A DNA stretch of 64,000 bases. Origin: an uncultured Candidatus Saccharibacteria bacterium (GTDB taxonomy: Bacteria > Patescibacteriota > Minisyncoccia > Phycocordibacterales > CSBR16-119). Shown piece after piece: positions 63,691 to 64,000 of the stretch. Positions within the stretch are counted from its first letter, which is position 1. Each line of letters opens with the position of its first letter. The DNA lies in the NCBI GenBank assembly GCA_964426385.1, contig CAYRQF010000001.1, positions 167,939-231,938 of the forward strand. Reading direction: 5' to 3'. The position numbers and the translations under genes were made by a program. Below the pieces are notes generated by a model, which worked only from the letters and a program-made list of their open reading frames with translations, was not told the DNA's origin and searched no databases.

Positions 63691-64000
63691 ATGAAATTAT
63701 TTGAAAGCCACAAAGAAACACATGAACTTATACACACCGACTTCAAGCACTTTGAAGGTGGTTGGTATGGAAACAAGTCTTTTCTTGGCAAATATAATGA
63801 TCTTGATCACAACCGACCAGCAATGCTAACTTACCATTTCAAGTTTGATGACGATAACATCAAAAGAGGAATGATAGATGACGAGAAGTGTCCTTTCCCT
63901 GTAGAGATAAAAAGGATTGGCGAGGACTCATACCAAGGGGTGGCATATTCTGATGAACCTGAGGATGTGGCTATACAGTCTTGGATATATCACTATACCG
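63691..64000 (+). CDS. Hypothetical protein (partial; continues beyond the window)
   Basis: ATG 63691 opens MKLFESHKETHELIHTDFKHFEGGWYGNKSF...; no stop before the window end, so it is absent from the ORF track. Confidence 0.45.
   Translation, partial: MKLFESHKETHELIHTDFKHFEGGWYGNKSFLGKYNDLDHNRPAMLTYHFKFDDDNIKRGMIDDEKCPFPVEIKRIGEDSYQGVAYSDEPEDVAIQSWIYHYT

Overview
This window looks like a 64-kb chromosomal segment from a small-genome bacterium, with gene content and envelope proteins consistent with (but not proven to be) a Patescibacteria/CPR-like organism. GC content varies strongly: core genes are roughly mid-40s % GC by eye, with distinctly AT-rich and GC-rich blocks among them. Core content, in order: a pentose-phosphate/glycolysis cluster (transketolase N-terminal subunit, partial; rpe; class I fba; rpiB; gap), gatB, obg, a MYG1-family hydrolase, a GatB/YqeY-domain protein, a DnaQ-like exonuclease, rmuC, tRNA-Glu(CUC), a dcw cluster (mraZ-rsmH-ftsL-ftsI), lysS, greA, a second PBP2, a MacAB-like ABC efflux operon interrupted by a small GIY-YIG gene, a VIT1/CCC1 iron-transporter-family protein, a SIMPL-domain protein, a cysteine-synthase-like gene, dapF, typA, tRNA-Gln(UUG) and an EamA transporter. 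The most unusual locus is a tight five-gene tandem array (16556-24844, minus strand). Every protein ends in a PEP-utilising-enzyme swivel phosphohistidine domain. The first protein (1036 aa) fuses a PpsA/PPDK-type ATP-grasp domain to two swivel domains, and none carries the PEP/pyruvate TIM-barrel domain. Other notable items: (1) a 114-bp structured leader present twice immediately upstream of unrelated genes (12-bp terminal inverted repeats plus an internal perfect palindrome); (2) a CTAGAAG heptamer repeat family directly upstream of obg, rpiB and tRNA-Gln; (3) a 37-bp duplication of the tRNA-Gln 3' end flanking a GC-rich 146-bp insert; (4) a mosaic accessory region (about 51.6-61.8 kb) next to tRNA-Gln, containing an array of small GC-rich genes that each have a near-consensus sigma70 promoter and a GC-rich hairpin terminator; (5) a TylF-like methyltransferase; and (6) a kinase-ASCH-Nudix operon. 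No CRISPR array, rRNA or obvious transposase was seen. All calls come from reading the supplied sequence and ORF track by eye; no database searches were run.
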